Source: Vicugna vicugna
Taxonomy: Eukaryota
Assembly (NCBI GenBank): GCA_013265495.1
Contig: MU058221.1
Location: 5,006,066-5,070,065, forward strand
DNA: 64,000 bases
Direction: 5' to 3'
Below are positions 1-11,957 of the stretch, piece by piece. Positions within the stretch are counted from its first letter, which is position 1, and each line of letters starts with the position of its first letter. A model generated the notes under the pieces. That model worked only from the letters and a program-made list of their open reading frames with translations. It did no database searches and was not told the origin of the DNA. Both the position numbers and the translations under genes were made by a program.

Positions 1-809
1 GCTCCTGTGACAACTGTGAACCCTCAAAGGATGCTGAGTAAAAAATAGTGGAAAACAAGGAGAGGTTAGTGTCCCAAAAGACAAGTGACAAGACTAGTAG
101 CACTAAAGCTACAAAGAGGTCTGCAAGGTAGGAACTGCACGTATGGTTTTGTAACTTGCTCTGTTTCCAGTTGATAACATATGCACACAGATGCCTATAG
201 AAAAGGGAGAACCAACAAAATACTCATGATCATAGCTCTGGATTACAGGATAGTTCTATTTTGTTACTTTAGCTTATCTTTGTTTTTTTAACTTTTCTAT
301 AATGAACACGCTAATTATAATAATAACAATTTGGGGGAACCTTAATTATATGCTAGATACTGTGTTAAATACTCTGTATGAATTACCTAACCCTCAACAC
401 ATTGACTCCCATTTCATAATGAAGAACTTGATACTTAAAGCAATTAAGTAAATTCCCCAAAGTCATGTGAATTACTTGTTCAATACCTATTCAAGAATAA
501 TAGTTAGTGACTATGTTTTTTTCTTATCAAATTAGCAGGTTAAGAATACTCACTGCTGTCCAAGGTTGGGTAAGATAATAGCACAACCTTAAGCAAGTTG
601 CTTCATTTTTTTGAGGGTCTGTCTCATGCACTTAACCAGTCCCTGATTACAAATAATACTTACTAACAGTAGAAAACTGAAAATAATTCAGATCTCCAAT
701 AATAAGGGAACTGTCACAAAAATTATGATAAACTCAAACTACTTTTTCTGAAACTATTAAGTCATATTTTCTAAACAATACTTTAGTTAGGGAAACAGTT
801 CCTATATTT

Positions 810-1310
810 ACCTTCGAACTCCATGCTCACATTTCCAACTACCTCCCTGACATCTCCACTTGACTGTCTCAAAGGCATCTTAAACACATGAGCAGGATGA
901 ATTCATTTTCTATGCCCTACCCTTATTAAATCTGGTTTTCTACACCTTCCTCACCATCCCCCTCCCTCCCAAGTCCAGTCCACCTCCACAGTCTGTTGGT
1001 GTTGCCTCCCAAGTTTATCTCAAGTCCTACCACTTCCCTCTGTTCTCACTGTCCCTGTGTTGGTGCTGTTTGGACTACAGCGAGTCTCCTTACTGATTAA
1101 CTCCTAAATCCACTCTTCTCCCCCCACCACCCTGACAGCAGATTCTTCACCTGACAAGCAGACTAACCTTCAAAACTTCCCGTCTCTCATTATATCTTTC
1201 CCCTACCTACACCTCTTTAATGGCTTCTGGTTTACGTTAGGATAAAACATAAAACTCTGGACATGGCCCACGAACTCCGCATGATTTGGACCCTTATTTT
1301 CTCTCCTGCC
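810..1310. mobile_element. L2 relic
   Basis: CCAACTACCTCCCTGACATCTCCACTTGACTGTCTCAAAGGCATCTTAAAC resembles the L2 3' consensus. Confidence 0.55.
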
Positions 1311-1404
1311 TAGTAATGGGTCAGGCTTAATAATATGCCATTCTCCTATCTACACACACAAACACAAATGTGCACACATATGAGTGTGCTAAGCCAATAT
1401 CCTT

Positions 1405-1530
1405 TCTTTTAAATTGAAATATAGTTGACGGATGATATTATGTTAGTTTCACGTGGACTACATAGTGATCTGACATTTGCATGTATTACAAAATGATCAC
1501 CATGGTAAGTTTAGTAACCATTTGTCCTAG
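1405..1530 (-). mobile_element. L1 3'-end fragment
   Basis: TTTTAAATTGAAATATAGTTGAC...CATAGTGAT...AGTTTAGTAACCAT, typical antisense L1 3' terminus. Confidence 0.65.
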
Positions 1531-2949
1531 GCTGGTATTCTCTAAGGTTACTCAAGTATTTATTTAGGGGAGGTGGAGACAATTTTAGAAACATTCACTT
1601 ACCAATTCACTTCCTCTAGCCAGAGTCATGGTTCTGAAATAATTTGGCAAACAATTTCTCACTTCACTCTGATTCTTATTCTCTCGCCTTAGTGATGAGA
1701 GTGTGTGAGATTCCCTTACAACAGAAAAACACTGAGACGCATATTTAAGAGGTTTTAAATAACAAGGCACTTGTTCTTGAAAATTGTATGTATGCCATGT
1801 ACTAGTCCTTAAAACCCTTTAGAATTTGGACTAACTAGTACTGAATGCCGAGGAACCCGAATATTGTACTCAGACTGCAGGGGAGTGTTTATCTCCTGAC
1901 AGCTGTAGTCCTTTTCAGTGGGATTACATTTCAACCTGCGTTAACTGGCATAGTTTTTGATGTACTTTTGTGCCCCAAAGAGATTTATGTTCGGGACAAC
2001 TCTCAGATTATTTACTCCTTAATCCAGATCTGCTCCAGCCTCATCCCCTGCCATTCTTCTTCTTCTCTGTTATCTGACAATCCTATCATCACCTTTTTTC
2101 TTACACAAAATACCCAGTTCCCTCCTGTCTCCAGGCCTCTGCACACCCTGTACACTCAGCCAGGAAAGCTCACCCTCCTCTTCCCTTCAATCTCACCAGA
2201 GAAATACCTACACTCTACACCTGGTCCTCAGCTCAAAGTGCCTTTCTCAACAAAGCTCATGTTTTCTGTACTTCTCTTTCTTAGCATTTCTTGGAATGTG
2301 TGCGCACATGCACACACACACATCTGTGTAAATATTTGATTAATGTTTGTGGTCCACTAGATTACATGTTCCATTAAGTTAGCGCCTACCATTTTTTAAA
2401 CCTTAGTCCACGAAGCACATACTCTGGCCAGTGTTCATAAAAAGATTTCATCATAAACAACAATAATTATAAACGTAATTTTCAACAGTGTAATGCAAAA
2501 CTGCCCAATGATTCCAATTTGGGAGAAAATTAATATGCATAGAAAAAAGACAACGAAAATACACTAATTAAGAAGGAAATGAAAATATATCTATTTGTAT
2601 TTGTTAAAAAAAAACAAACTAGATGTAAAGCTGCGGAGTAAAGAGCAAGTATTTTCTACCTGTACTTAAAAAAAAATCCCGTTCTGACTTTTGAACCATT
2701 AAATGTATTACGTAATCAAAAACATTAAGTATTTGCCGGACAGAAATACACTAAAACATTAATACTGATTACCCTGGAAGAGTGGGACAAAAATTTTGTT
2801 TTCTACTTCTATACATTCAGTGGATTTTCTGCAGGAAACATGAAGACCTTCTAAGATCAGGAAAAGGATGGACTTTTTAGAAAACATCTCTGGCGACCTC
2901 AGAGGGCAGTTCCCATGGAGTCGGGAGAGAGGGCAGCAGGGTTAAGCAG

Positions 2950-3560
2950 GCTCCCGCCATGGATTTCCACACGTTCGTGTGCAGCAGGGCAGGAACCACG
3001 AGACACGGGGAAAGATACGCAGGAAGGCGATGCGGCGAAGTGACGCGCGGCCCAGCGACGTCACACTCCCGTGGGACCCCGCGGGCCAGAGAGCTCGTGC
3101 TCGGCCTGGATAGTCCCGTAAGTATGAGAGGAAAAGGGGAGTGACAAGCCCGTTGCGACAGCCACGGAGCAAAAGAGCCAGGGAAAGGTGGATACGCCCT
3201 TCACAGAGGACAGCACGACACCGCCACCGACAAAATCCGCCACAACCGGAAGGAAGCTGCGGAACTACTCACCGCGCGGGCCTTTCCCCAAGCCCCGCCC
3301 CGAGCTCCCGGCGGGGCTGCGGAGGACGCGCGCAGGAAGGGGCGGGGCTTCGAGCGCTGAGCCCGCGCGCCGATCTCGCGATAGCAGTAGAGGGCGGAAG
3401 CGCAATCTGCAGGATGCGGTTCCTGGTTGCGTTTGTCTTGCTGAGCGTCGCCGCGGCGGGTGAGACCCCCCCATTTCTGCCCGCCCCCAATAATCCCACT
3501 CTCGACCCCGGGCCCACCATCCTCGCCGAGGCCGATCCCCACCTGACCTCACTTCCCTGC
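2950..3560 (+). promoter_or_regulatory. CpG-island promoter of TGOLN2
   Basis: CpG-dense segment around the ATG at 3414, with GC boxes (CCCCGCCC, GGGGCGGGG), an ETS-like ACCGGAAG (~3245), a CRE-like CGACGTCA (~3056) and TCTCGCGATA (~3375). Confidence 0.8.
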
Positions 3561-6500
3561 CCTGCCCCTCACCACCCCTCCGCTCGCCATCACCCCTCCT
3601 CCCCTGTTTGTCCGTTGCAGGGATTTGCGGGTTCCTTTCTCCCCGCCTGCCTCTGTTCAGCTAGCTGGTTTCTGTTTTTCAGAGTCCGTGCAGCCCACTT
3701 CTTCGCCAGCTACCAGCCTCGCTCCGAAGGAAACTCGGCCTTCTGCAGGACCTCTCACCTCTAGCCAGCCGTCTAAGCAAAAAGATACTGGCAAAACCAC
3801 TCTGAAACAGCACTCCACGAATGACAGCTCTAGCCGGCCGGCATCGGAGCTGCACACCACGAAAGCCGGCCCTGGAGAGTCGACATCGGAGCAGCAGCCC
3901 TCTGGAGACTCCAACCAGCAGGTCCCCAGCGCCTCCTCTGATGACAAGGAGGTCACAAAGCCTGACTTCAACACACTAGCTGACAAAACTCTACAGGCTT
4001 CCAGAACTGAAGCTGGGGGAAACGTATTACCGGGCTCCGAACCCCCTTCTCCCCAGCAGGAGGGAGAGGATAAGTCTTTAGCGCCAAGTGAAGATGTGGA
4101 GCCCAAGGACACTGAGGAAGAGGATACAGAGCCTGAAGAGGATTCACCACCCAAAGAAGAGAAAGAAATGCCTGACCCTATCTCCAGTAAGAACCGTGAA
4201 GAGACGTCTTTGAACCCCTTGAATAAGCAAGATGACTCTGATAAGGATAATTTTGGAAGTGCCGGTGCGGAGAGCAGCCACTTCTTTGCGTATCTGGTGA
4301 CAGCAGCCATCCTCGTTGCTGTCCTCTACATTGCCTACCACAACAAGCGGAAGGTAAGTTGAGAGCCACCCTAAGAAGAGCAATGGGGTTTCCTCCACCC
4401 GGAAAGCGTGGTGTAAGTGTTCATCACTCATCTGCCTGTAAGCACTGGGAATTTAAAACAGACTTCGGTTTTTTTCTCAGACCCTGCCAGGGCTATTTAC
4501 TCCTGTTTTAGAAACCATTTGTTTTCATGTCTGTTTCCTCTGCGGGCGCTCTGCTGTTGCATCAGGTGCCGAGTTTAGGACATTATTATGACCTGACCTG
4601 AGTATCCTCCCATAATACTGAACTTCGATCCTTCACAGCCTGCGAGGACCTGAGTACCTGTCAGTTTGTTAGTTAGAGCACTTCTCTTGCTGCTTCCACT
4701 CTCAAAAAAGACAATGCTTCCTGTCTTCTTATTATCTCTAGCTTAGCAACCACTCTAACTACAAAATGATTGCATTTCTTATTGAGCCCTAAGAACTTCG
4801 TAGTTTCTATAGGCTGGTTAAAATTGAAGGATTCAGTTCATGATAGCCATGAGGCCTAGGGCTGTGAGAAATGAGGGGAGACATTTAGTAAAATGTCCTT
4901 GTTCTACATCCAAGTATTCATCATGGCATGAAATGAGAGTGATAAGGTTAAGATGAAGTAAACTGGGGGGTGAGAGAGTATATTGGCAGATAAGTAAATA
5001 TTGCTTATGATTTAAAAAAAAAAAAGGGATCGCTTAGCCTGGAGGAGGCTAAGTTGGGGAGGAGCTGGCAGTTCTTTTCACCAAGTGCTCTTGAGTAAAT
5101 GACTCCCACAAGCTAGAGCCTAGAACTGCCCTCCGGCATCTGACATTTCCTGTTTAGCAGCATGAAGGATTCTGATGTAACGAGGCCCTGACCTTTCTGT
5201 GGACATACTGCTTTTTTTGCTGTCAGGGTCATTAACAAATGGGCCACCAGGTGATTACCTCTGATTTCAGAGACTGAAACATGTCATTATAGAGTGACTT
5301 GTTAATCACTTTCTTTTTCCTTACCCTAGATTATTGCTTTTGTCCTGGAAGGGAAAAGATCTAAGGTCACTCGGCGGCCAAAGGCCAGTGACTACCAGCG
5401 TTTGGACCAGAAGGTAAGGAAGGAAGAGCCGGGTCCATGGGAGGGATATGCGCTTTCAGATGGGCCCAGCAGTGTGCTTGCATCTGGCATGGTGGCTGCA
5501 GCTGATTCTGGGGCGGGGTCGGGGGCTACCATTGCCCCTGCCCTTTTGAGACTTACAGACATCCATATAAACATGTCTGCAGTGTTGGAGCTAGAAGAGA
5601 TTCTCAAGTACTCAACAGCTTCTTTCTTAAACAAATGAGGAAACTCAGGCCCAGAAACACTAGGTTTTTCCCCCTAATTTCCCACTACAAGTTTATGGCT
5701 AAATCAAGGTCTGAGGGCAGCTCTCTAGGCTTTCGTCCTGTACTTTTTGCCCTCCACTAGCACTTCCTAAATTTTAATAGGCGTATGACTCACCTTAGGA
5801 ATTGTGATAAAAAGCACAATGAAATATGTATTAAAAAAACAACAACACAGTGTGTCTGGGGTGAGCCAATGTGTCTTCATTTCTAGGGAGTTCCCAGGTG
5901 CCATTCTTCATGCTGCTGGAACAGCACTTTGGGCGGTAAAGCACTAGTGTACACTCCCTGAAAACAAACACACCCAGAAACGGACAATCTGGGAGCCTCC
6001 AGCCCCCCGCTCAGCCCTGCAAATAGGCTTCCTGAGTGCGGCCAGCCCAGGCCCCTGCAAGGGACCGGCTGTTGTCTCTGCCTCGCTGCCAACCTGCGCC
6101 CTTCCTCCCTCTGTGCAGTTCACTGAGGGCATTGGGCAAGAGTAGTTGGTGCCCAGCTGTGCATTGTTCCCAGACTTACAAGGAACACAGTTCACGTGTA
6201 CAGCTCGGACCAGGCCACTCAGCTCAGAACCCCTAGCCTAGTACCCTCCCAGATAATTGACTCCAGGGATTTTTTTTTCCCCTTATAATTTTTTTTTAAT
6301 AAAGCCATATTTGATTTTAGTTTTTGGGGATTTTGGGGGGGTAATTAGCTTTTTTGTCATTTATTTTTAGAGGAGGTGCTAGGGCTTGAACCCAGGACCT
6401 CGTGCATGCCAGTCATGCACTCTACCACTTGAGTTATACCCTCCCCACCATAATTTTGTTCTGATTAAGAAAAATGCACGTGTAAACAATTCAAAACAAT

Positions 6501-6975
6501 ACAGAATGGTACAAGGTGGAAGCCAAGATTCCCATATGCCCTCCACCAAGTCTGGATCTTTCTAGTGTATGTTTTACCACAAACCAACTTTTAAAATAAT
6601 TTTATGGGGCGGAGAGAAGGATAGCTCAGTGGTAGAGCACATGCTTAGCATGCACAAGGTCCTGGGTTCAATCCCCAGTACCTCCACTGAAGTAAATACA
6701 TAAATAAATAAACCTCATAAGCACCCATCACCAAGAAAAAGCTTTAAAATTTTTTTCCGTAATTGTAAAAAAATAATAATAATTTGATGTGCTTTTATTG
6801 CTGGTTCTATGGTGGAGGGTCAGTTTGTCTTAACTCTGAATTTTTTCCCCGAATTGCTACTCCTGTTTGATTCCCCCTCCACCCCGACCCCTCCTCCAAT
6901 CACAGCAGTAAGGTATGTTCCTCTGAAAAAGGTGAACATTACCAATGGATTGTGTTGCTCCCGTTTCAGATTTGA
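3414..6975 (+). CDS. TGOLN2: Trans-Golgi network integral membrane protein 2 (TGN46/TGN38), 268 aa
   Basis: Coding exons 3414-3459, 3683-4353, 5330-5413, 6970-6975 (ATT TGA); GT-AG introns, 807 nt in frame. Signal peptide [18 protein letters not shown]- and acid-rich lumenal domain, TM segment [22 protein letters not shown], tail ...SDYQRLDQK with the TGN38-family YQRL retrieval motif. The terminal acceptor choice (6970) is the least certain part. Confidence 0.95.
6292..6446 (-). mobile_element. tRNA-Ala-derived SINE (camelid vic-1-like)
   Basis: Reverse complement gives GGGGAGGGTATAACTCAAGTGGTAGAG...GGTTCAAGCCC (Pol III A/B boxes) plus an A-rich tail. Confidence 0.85.
6607..6780 (+). mobile_element. 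tRNA-Ala-derived SINE
   Basis: TAGCTCAGTGGTAGAG...CTTAGCATG...GGTTCAATCCCC plus an A-rich tail. Confidence 0.85.
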
Positions 6976-9900
6976 TTTTTCTGTTCTCAAGAACCTTGTC
7001 CTCCCTGCTGATGTGTTTCTAAATCAAGAAAAATGAAGAGAAGAATACTGTGACATAAGAGACAGCCCCCCCGAGGGCTTGGCGGCAAGTCCGGGCCGGC
7101 AGAGGCGGGGGGCATTGCTTTGGTTTTTGCACCTGCACTTTGGTGACCCTGTCCTCCTGTGTTCCTGTTATTTATGCTGGTGTCTTCCAGCCTTTCCCCC
7201 TCTTAAGTGTGAGTTGAGGAACATGCGGGCTCCCAGCCGTGACCAAAGGGAGCTCCCAGCCCTAGGCAGGTGACTGCTGCTGACTGCCCTCCCTGGGGCC
7301 TTGGCTCTGTGCTAAAGTTAGCCCCTGAAGGTAGCAGCGCACTCACCACTATTTACCTTCGCGGACCTAGGAGGAAGCTGTAGGTTAAGGTGCATTTCTA
7401 GTAAGTCCTCTCCCTGAGCAGCGGGGATGGCGGTGGGGGGGTGCCCTACAGAAGATGGAGAAGATGGTAAATGTCGATGAGCAGAGAGCTCCTTTGCACA
7501 CACAGTTCTCCTCCAAGGCTTCAGCCGCAAACCCAAACAGCCGCTAAAAAAAGCGCTCTGGCGCCTGTGGATCCAGCCTGTCTTGCAACCTCTCCACGTT
7601 CTTCTGGTGTCTTCATGTCACTGAGGACAAAGAGAATCCACCTCCATTCGGTTGTCCTGAGCAGGAAGCTGAACTTGGCGGTTCTGGGAGCAAAGCCGTA
7701 GCGCCACTGTCCTATCGCAGGTTTTTTTGAGAGTAACAGTTGCAGCTATTGAAACTCTGTTCATCCCTGCTCCCACCGGTCGTTACAGAAGCTCTGGGAG
7801 TACGGTGAACTCGTGCTCCGGGCCGGGGAGCGTGTGGGAGGGCTGGTTTGGGTCTGCGTGTTTTTCCCAAGGGCTTTCGTGAACCAGGTTTCCCACCAAC
7901 TCTGTTCTGCCTTTGTTGCCTAGAACAGACAAAACTGACTTCTATTTACAAACCGACTATACGCCCTCTTTCACCTAATCTGGTTAATGGTCCTCTTATC
8001 TGATACAAAATGCCAAGGGTACTGAGTAAAAATTCCCCTCCTGTCCCACGTCAGGGGTTATTAAAATGGAAGAAATTTGGAGAGTCCCCCGGGGTGACCG
8101 GGGCTAGTGGCTTGGGTCACACTGTGGTTTGAAGTTTGACTTAAATCTGGCCTTGTGGGGCTGCCCGATTGCAGAGAGCCGAGAGAGTCGTTTCTGCAAA
8201 GAGAAAACAGAACAGCTGGTGTCAGGGAAACGCAGAGAAGGAGGGAAGTGGGAGGATGGGATGCGTTCTGTGCTGTCGAAGACGTCTGGCCGAAGAAGGG
8301 ACCAGCCTGTCTGTCACGCTATCTTCTACCTTGCTTAACACAGCCCACGACTTCGAGTTGAGGTTTTCATTCTTTGCAGGTGGCATCTGTGCAAGTAAGA
8401 AGGGAACGTCCCTACCTTCCTTCTCGCCTCCTGTTTCTTCTTCTGCCCATCTCCACTAGCCCCTTGCCGTCTGCCTTCGTGCCTGCCCGGATCCCTCTGC
8501 TCCCAGCCAGTCTGTTTGTGGTCCTTTCTGCCATTCGCCCTCTCCAGAAAGCGTCGCTTCCATCCCCTTGCCCTGCATCCTCTTCATAACCTTTACAAAC
8601 TCACTTTGGTCCCCGTCTTTCCACTGATGATGTTTTCCCAGAGGTCAGGTCACCCAGTCCAATGGCTTGTTCTCAGAGCTCTGTCTTGTCCCTGATAGAA
8701 TTGGACACTATGGACCGTGCAAACTGACCTCCCCTCTTTGGGGCCTGTGTCCTGGCTTCTGAGAACTCCTTTGCCTTATCCTGTGCTGATGGGGGAGAAG
8801 GCCCTCGAAGACACGTCCGTCTATTCCCCGCTTGTCGGGTGCCTACCCAGGCCTCTGTGCCACCTTGTTCTTGCTGCGGCCTCTGTTCCCTGGCTCCCTG
8901 CAGGGTGCTCCCCCTTCTCTTCTTTCCCCAGACTCCCCCACCTCCACGCTTGGCTCTTTCCATTTTACTCCAGTAGCTCTTAATAATGCCGGTCACAAAT
9001 GGTGGAACGCCAGCAGAACAGGGCAGTCGGTATCTGACGTCTCTGTCTGATCTCCCCAAGAAAAGTAAGCTCCTTGTGGGACAACCCCCCACCATGGCGC
9101 CATCTGTGGATCTGCCTAACACGGGACAGGCCCCGGGGACGTCAGGAGTTGGTGTCTTCTTACAGAGGAGACGTGTTCTTTGTGCAGGACATCTGGATGT
9201 GACCTGACTGAGGTCTCACCCAGCTCTTTCTGGCTACTGGTTGCTGTCCCTTACTGATGGATTTTGCAGTAAGGAGGAGAGCAGAGAAAGGTTGGTTCCA
9301 GGCACCAGGAGGGTGGGCCCCAAGTGGATGCACAAGTAATGTGGCATCCACATAGCTTTTTGAGCCTCCGAGAAGTACTGTTCCTTGTGTGAAAGAGTTA
9401 TGATAGAACTGAAGTTTCACTCTAGAGATCGCCCTGGGAGAAGTCTCCCACACCACAGGGAAGGTCGTTCTCTGGCTGATTGTCTTTCTGAAAAGAGACT
9501 CTTTTGAAGCGTGTTTTCCTGTAGATTGTGTAGATGAAGGTGGGCTGGTGGAGGCATCTGTCCCGCCAGGGAGGGGCAGGGAGCAGGCGTGAGAGGCCCC
9601 ACATCCCTGTTTTCAGGAGCCACCTTAAGTGGCTTCCTGTGCATCTCCTCTCGCATGTAAAGGGACCAGCGTGATCTTGGGGCAGCGCAGCTCTGTGCTC
9701 CCCTTCCCGCCCCCCGCTTTCGCTTGCAGGATGTTTGTTTGGAAGGATCTGTGCTTCAGTCACGGATGCTAACAGAAGAGCTTGCTTCCCTGCTTCAGAT
9801 CACCGGGCAGAGTTATCTGATGAGTCCCCCTCTGGACTGAGGGAGTAGAAGGCGTCTAACTAGACAGGCTCAGAGAGCTCAGAAAGACCTGACAGCCGGC

Positions 9901-10677
9901 TATGCGCAGGCTGACATCTCTCTTCCCACGATGACTCTTAACGGAACACTGGGTGATGGGATTCCGAGCCTCTGAAATTCCCCGGATGGGCATTCGCATC
10001 TTCTTCTGCCATTTCATGTCATTTGATTCAAAAGCCTGCCCCTTGTTTTCACAGGGCAACCTGATAAGTAATGCTGCATGTGTGATGAAAACTAGTATGC
10101 TTTGCCCGCGTTCTGAATCATTTGAACAGCAAGGAGAGCGTGCCATCCACCAGCCCCAGTAGCCCTGCCAGCCATTTCTCTAAAAACTCTCCCTGGAACG
10201 GTTGTGTTTGGCTTGGCTTTGCTTAAGACAGAATCCTGGGAAGAGATTTTCAAATTTAATTTACCTGTGCATCCAGAACCAAGACTAACTCAACTCCACT
10301 CCCCAAGTCCCAGGTGAATTTCCTAAATATCCCAATTTAGAAACTGCTCGGTAAAGTTATGGGGTCTGAGCTGTACAGTGTTTCAAGCTGCCAGCAAAGC
10401 CAGCTTCCTCACACTCTGATGCTCCTTTAATTCAGCAGTCTGACGTGTTAAATAAATGAGTGATTGTTGAAATTTTCCCTTCTTTTTTGTTTACCCAATT
10501 AGTAGAACACCACTGTTTTGCAATGTTTTATATTTCCAGCTTGTAACTTAATGATAATTACTTAATTTTATTTCTTTAAAGCTTCTTCTGTCTGATGATA
10601 AGTATTTTTCAGTGTATGTTTTACCGAGCTTCTGTGAGGGCCATTGCAATGAAGTTTTGTATCTGCACAGAAACCAA

Positions 10678-10683
10678 AATAAA
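10678..10683 (+). terminator. Probable TGOLN2 polyadenylation signal, ending a ~3.7 kb 3' UTR
   Basis: AATAAA at the end of an AU-rich UTR-like stretch, just before an L1 fragment and the convergent RETSAT 3' end. Another AATAAA lies near 10451. Confidence 0.6.
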
Positions 10684-10720
10684 TTTCAAATATTAAAGCT
10701 ATCAAATCATTAAATTTATT

Positions 10721-10906
10721 TTTTTTCCTTTCTTTTAAAAAAGTAGAGTTGATAGGGTTAGTACAATATTGTATTCATTTCAGGTGTAAAACAGTGATTC
10801 AACATTTATATACAATACAAGTTAATCACAGTAAGTCAAGTAACCATCTGTCCCCACGCAAAGGTATTACAATATTGCTGATTATCTTCATCCCCCTCTT
10901 AATATC
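10721..10906 (-). mobile_element. 5'-truncated L1 3' end with a 9-bp TSD
   Basis: T-rich tail on + followed by typical L1 3'-end sequence; flanked by AAATTTATT at 10712-10720 and 10907-10915. Confidence 0.7.
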
Positions 10907-10909
10907 AAA

Positions 10910-10915
10910 TTTATT
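10910..10915 (-). terminator. Probable RETSAT polyadenylation signal
   Basis: TTTATT on + (AATAAA on -), about 1.05 kb downstream of the RETSAT stop; a second copy is at 10715-10720. Confidence 0.55.
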
Positions 10916-11957
10916 AATATGGCATAAAAATGAACTGAAATAAGGTCTAACACAAGTAAAAGGTCATTTTTTTTAACCTTTGGCCTTCATTCTCCTTCCC
11001 ACCCGCTCCACACGTAGGTACCAATAAACTGAAATGCCACTCCCAGACTTGGCACACTTTCTATAGCCTTTCGGGTTCTGATCCTGACTGATTTCCAAAC
11101 CCAGAAACCAGGCAGCCGGTATTCTAGGTCTGGGAGGTAGCTGGGCTGTTTGTCATAATGTGTCTGACTACAAACACCCCTACCTTGCCGTGTATTTTTG
11201 GAAGATGAGCTTTAAGGCTCAGGCCCTGAGCTCTGGGAGGGTATCTCGGTGCCGGCACGTGAGACCCTCATGTCACCTGGATCAGAAAGAAGACGAGCCT
11301 TGGGCCTGGCTACATACGAACTAGATGTGCCCTCCTACCGCATACCTTGCCTTCTAACGCGTCCTGTCTGACCCCCGGCTCCCACATCCACACGGAGCCT
11401 ATCACACGGGTTTCCCCACCCTCTGAAAGAGCCACTGGAACCAGAAAAATGGGATCTGGAGCCTCTGACCCTGTGGAACTAAACCACAACCTTGCTCATC
11501 AGGCATCCTCTCCTCCACAGTGCAGACCTGCAGCACAGCACAGAGTGAACGGGAGGAGAAGCCTCGGGCCCACAGGACCCACCGGCCCACCAGGCTTCAG
11601 CTCACCCACACTCGAAGGTTCTAGCCATGTGGCCAAAAGGACACTCCGTCCAAGGGATCAGAGTCTGGAAGTGTGGGTGTGGAATGCAGACCACTGTCAA
11701 CGAGCCATTAAAGCTGCCCAAATTAGTAGCCCACACTGGGCCTTTTTCGGGATGGTGTGTTACAAAAGGTGTGGACGAGCACCGCCTGCCCTGGCTGGAA
11801 GAAGCTGTATGCTAGCCCTGTGTGTTGGACATCTACTCAAAAAACAGCAACAAATTAGAGTGATTTACGTGATCAAGGAAGTAATGCAGAAAGACGTAGG
11901 TAAGTCAGGGCGGTGCCACAGCATCAGCCAAATTCCGCTGATTCATCCCCAACTGAA

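Noticed and set aside
1845..2339. 164-aa ORF upstream of TGOLN2
   Set aside because: Overlaps L2-like and low-complexity sequence, with no recognisable protein or exon structure.
3621..3661. Alternative acceptors for TGOLN2 exon 2 at 3620 and 3660
   Set aside because: Both are out of frame with phase-1 exon 1; only the AG ending at 3682 preserves the frame.
3141..3764. 207-aa ORF over the TGOLN2 promoter
   Set aside because: CpG-island read-through containing only exon 1; it ignores the donor at 3460.
3657..4310. 217-aa antisense ORF
   Set aside because: Shadow of TGOLN2 exon 2.
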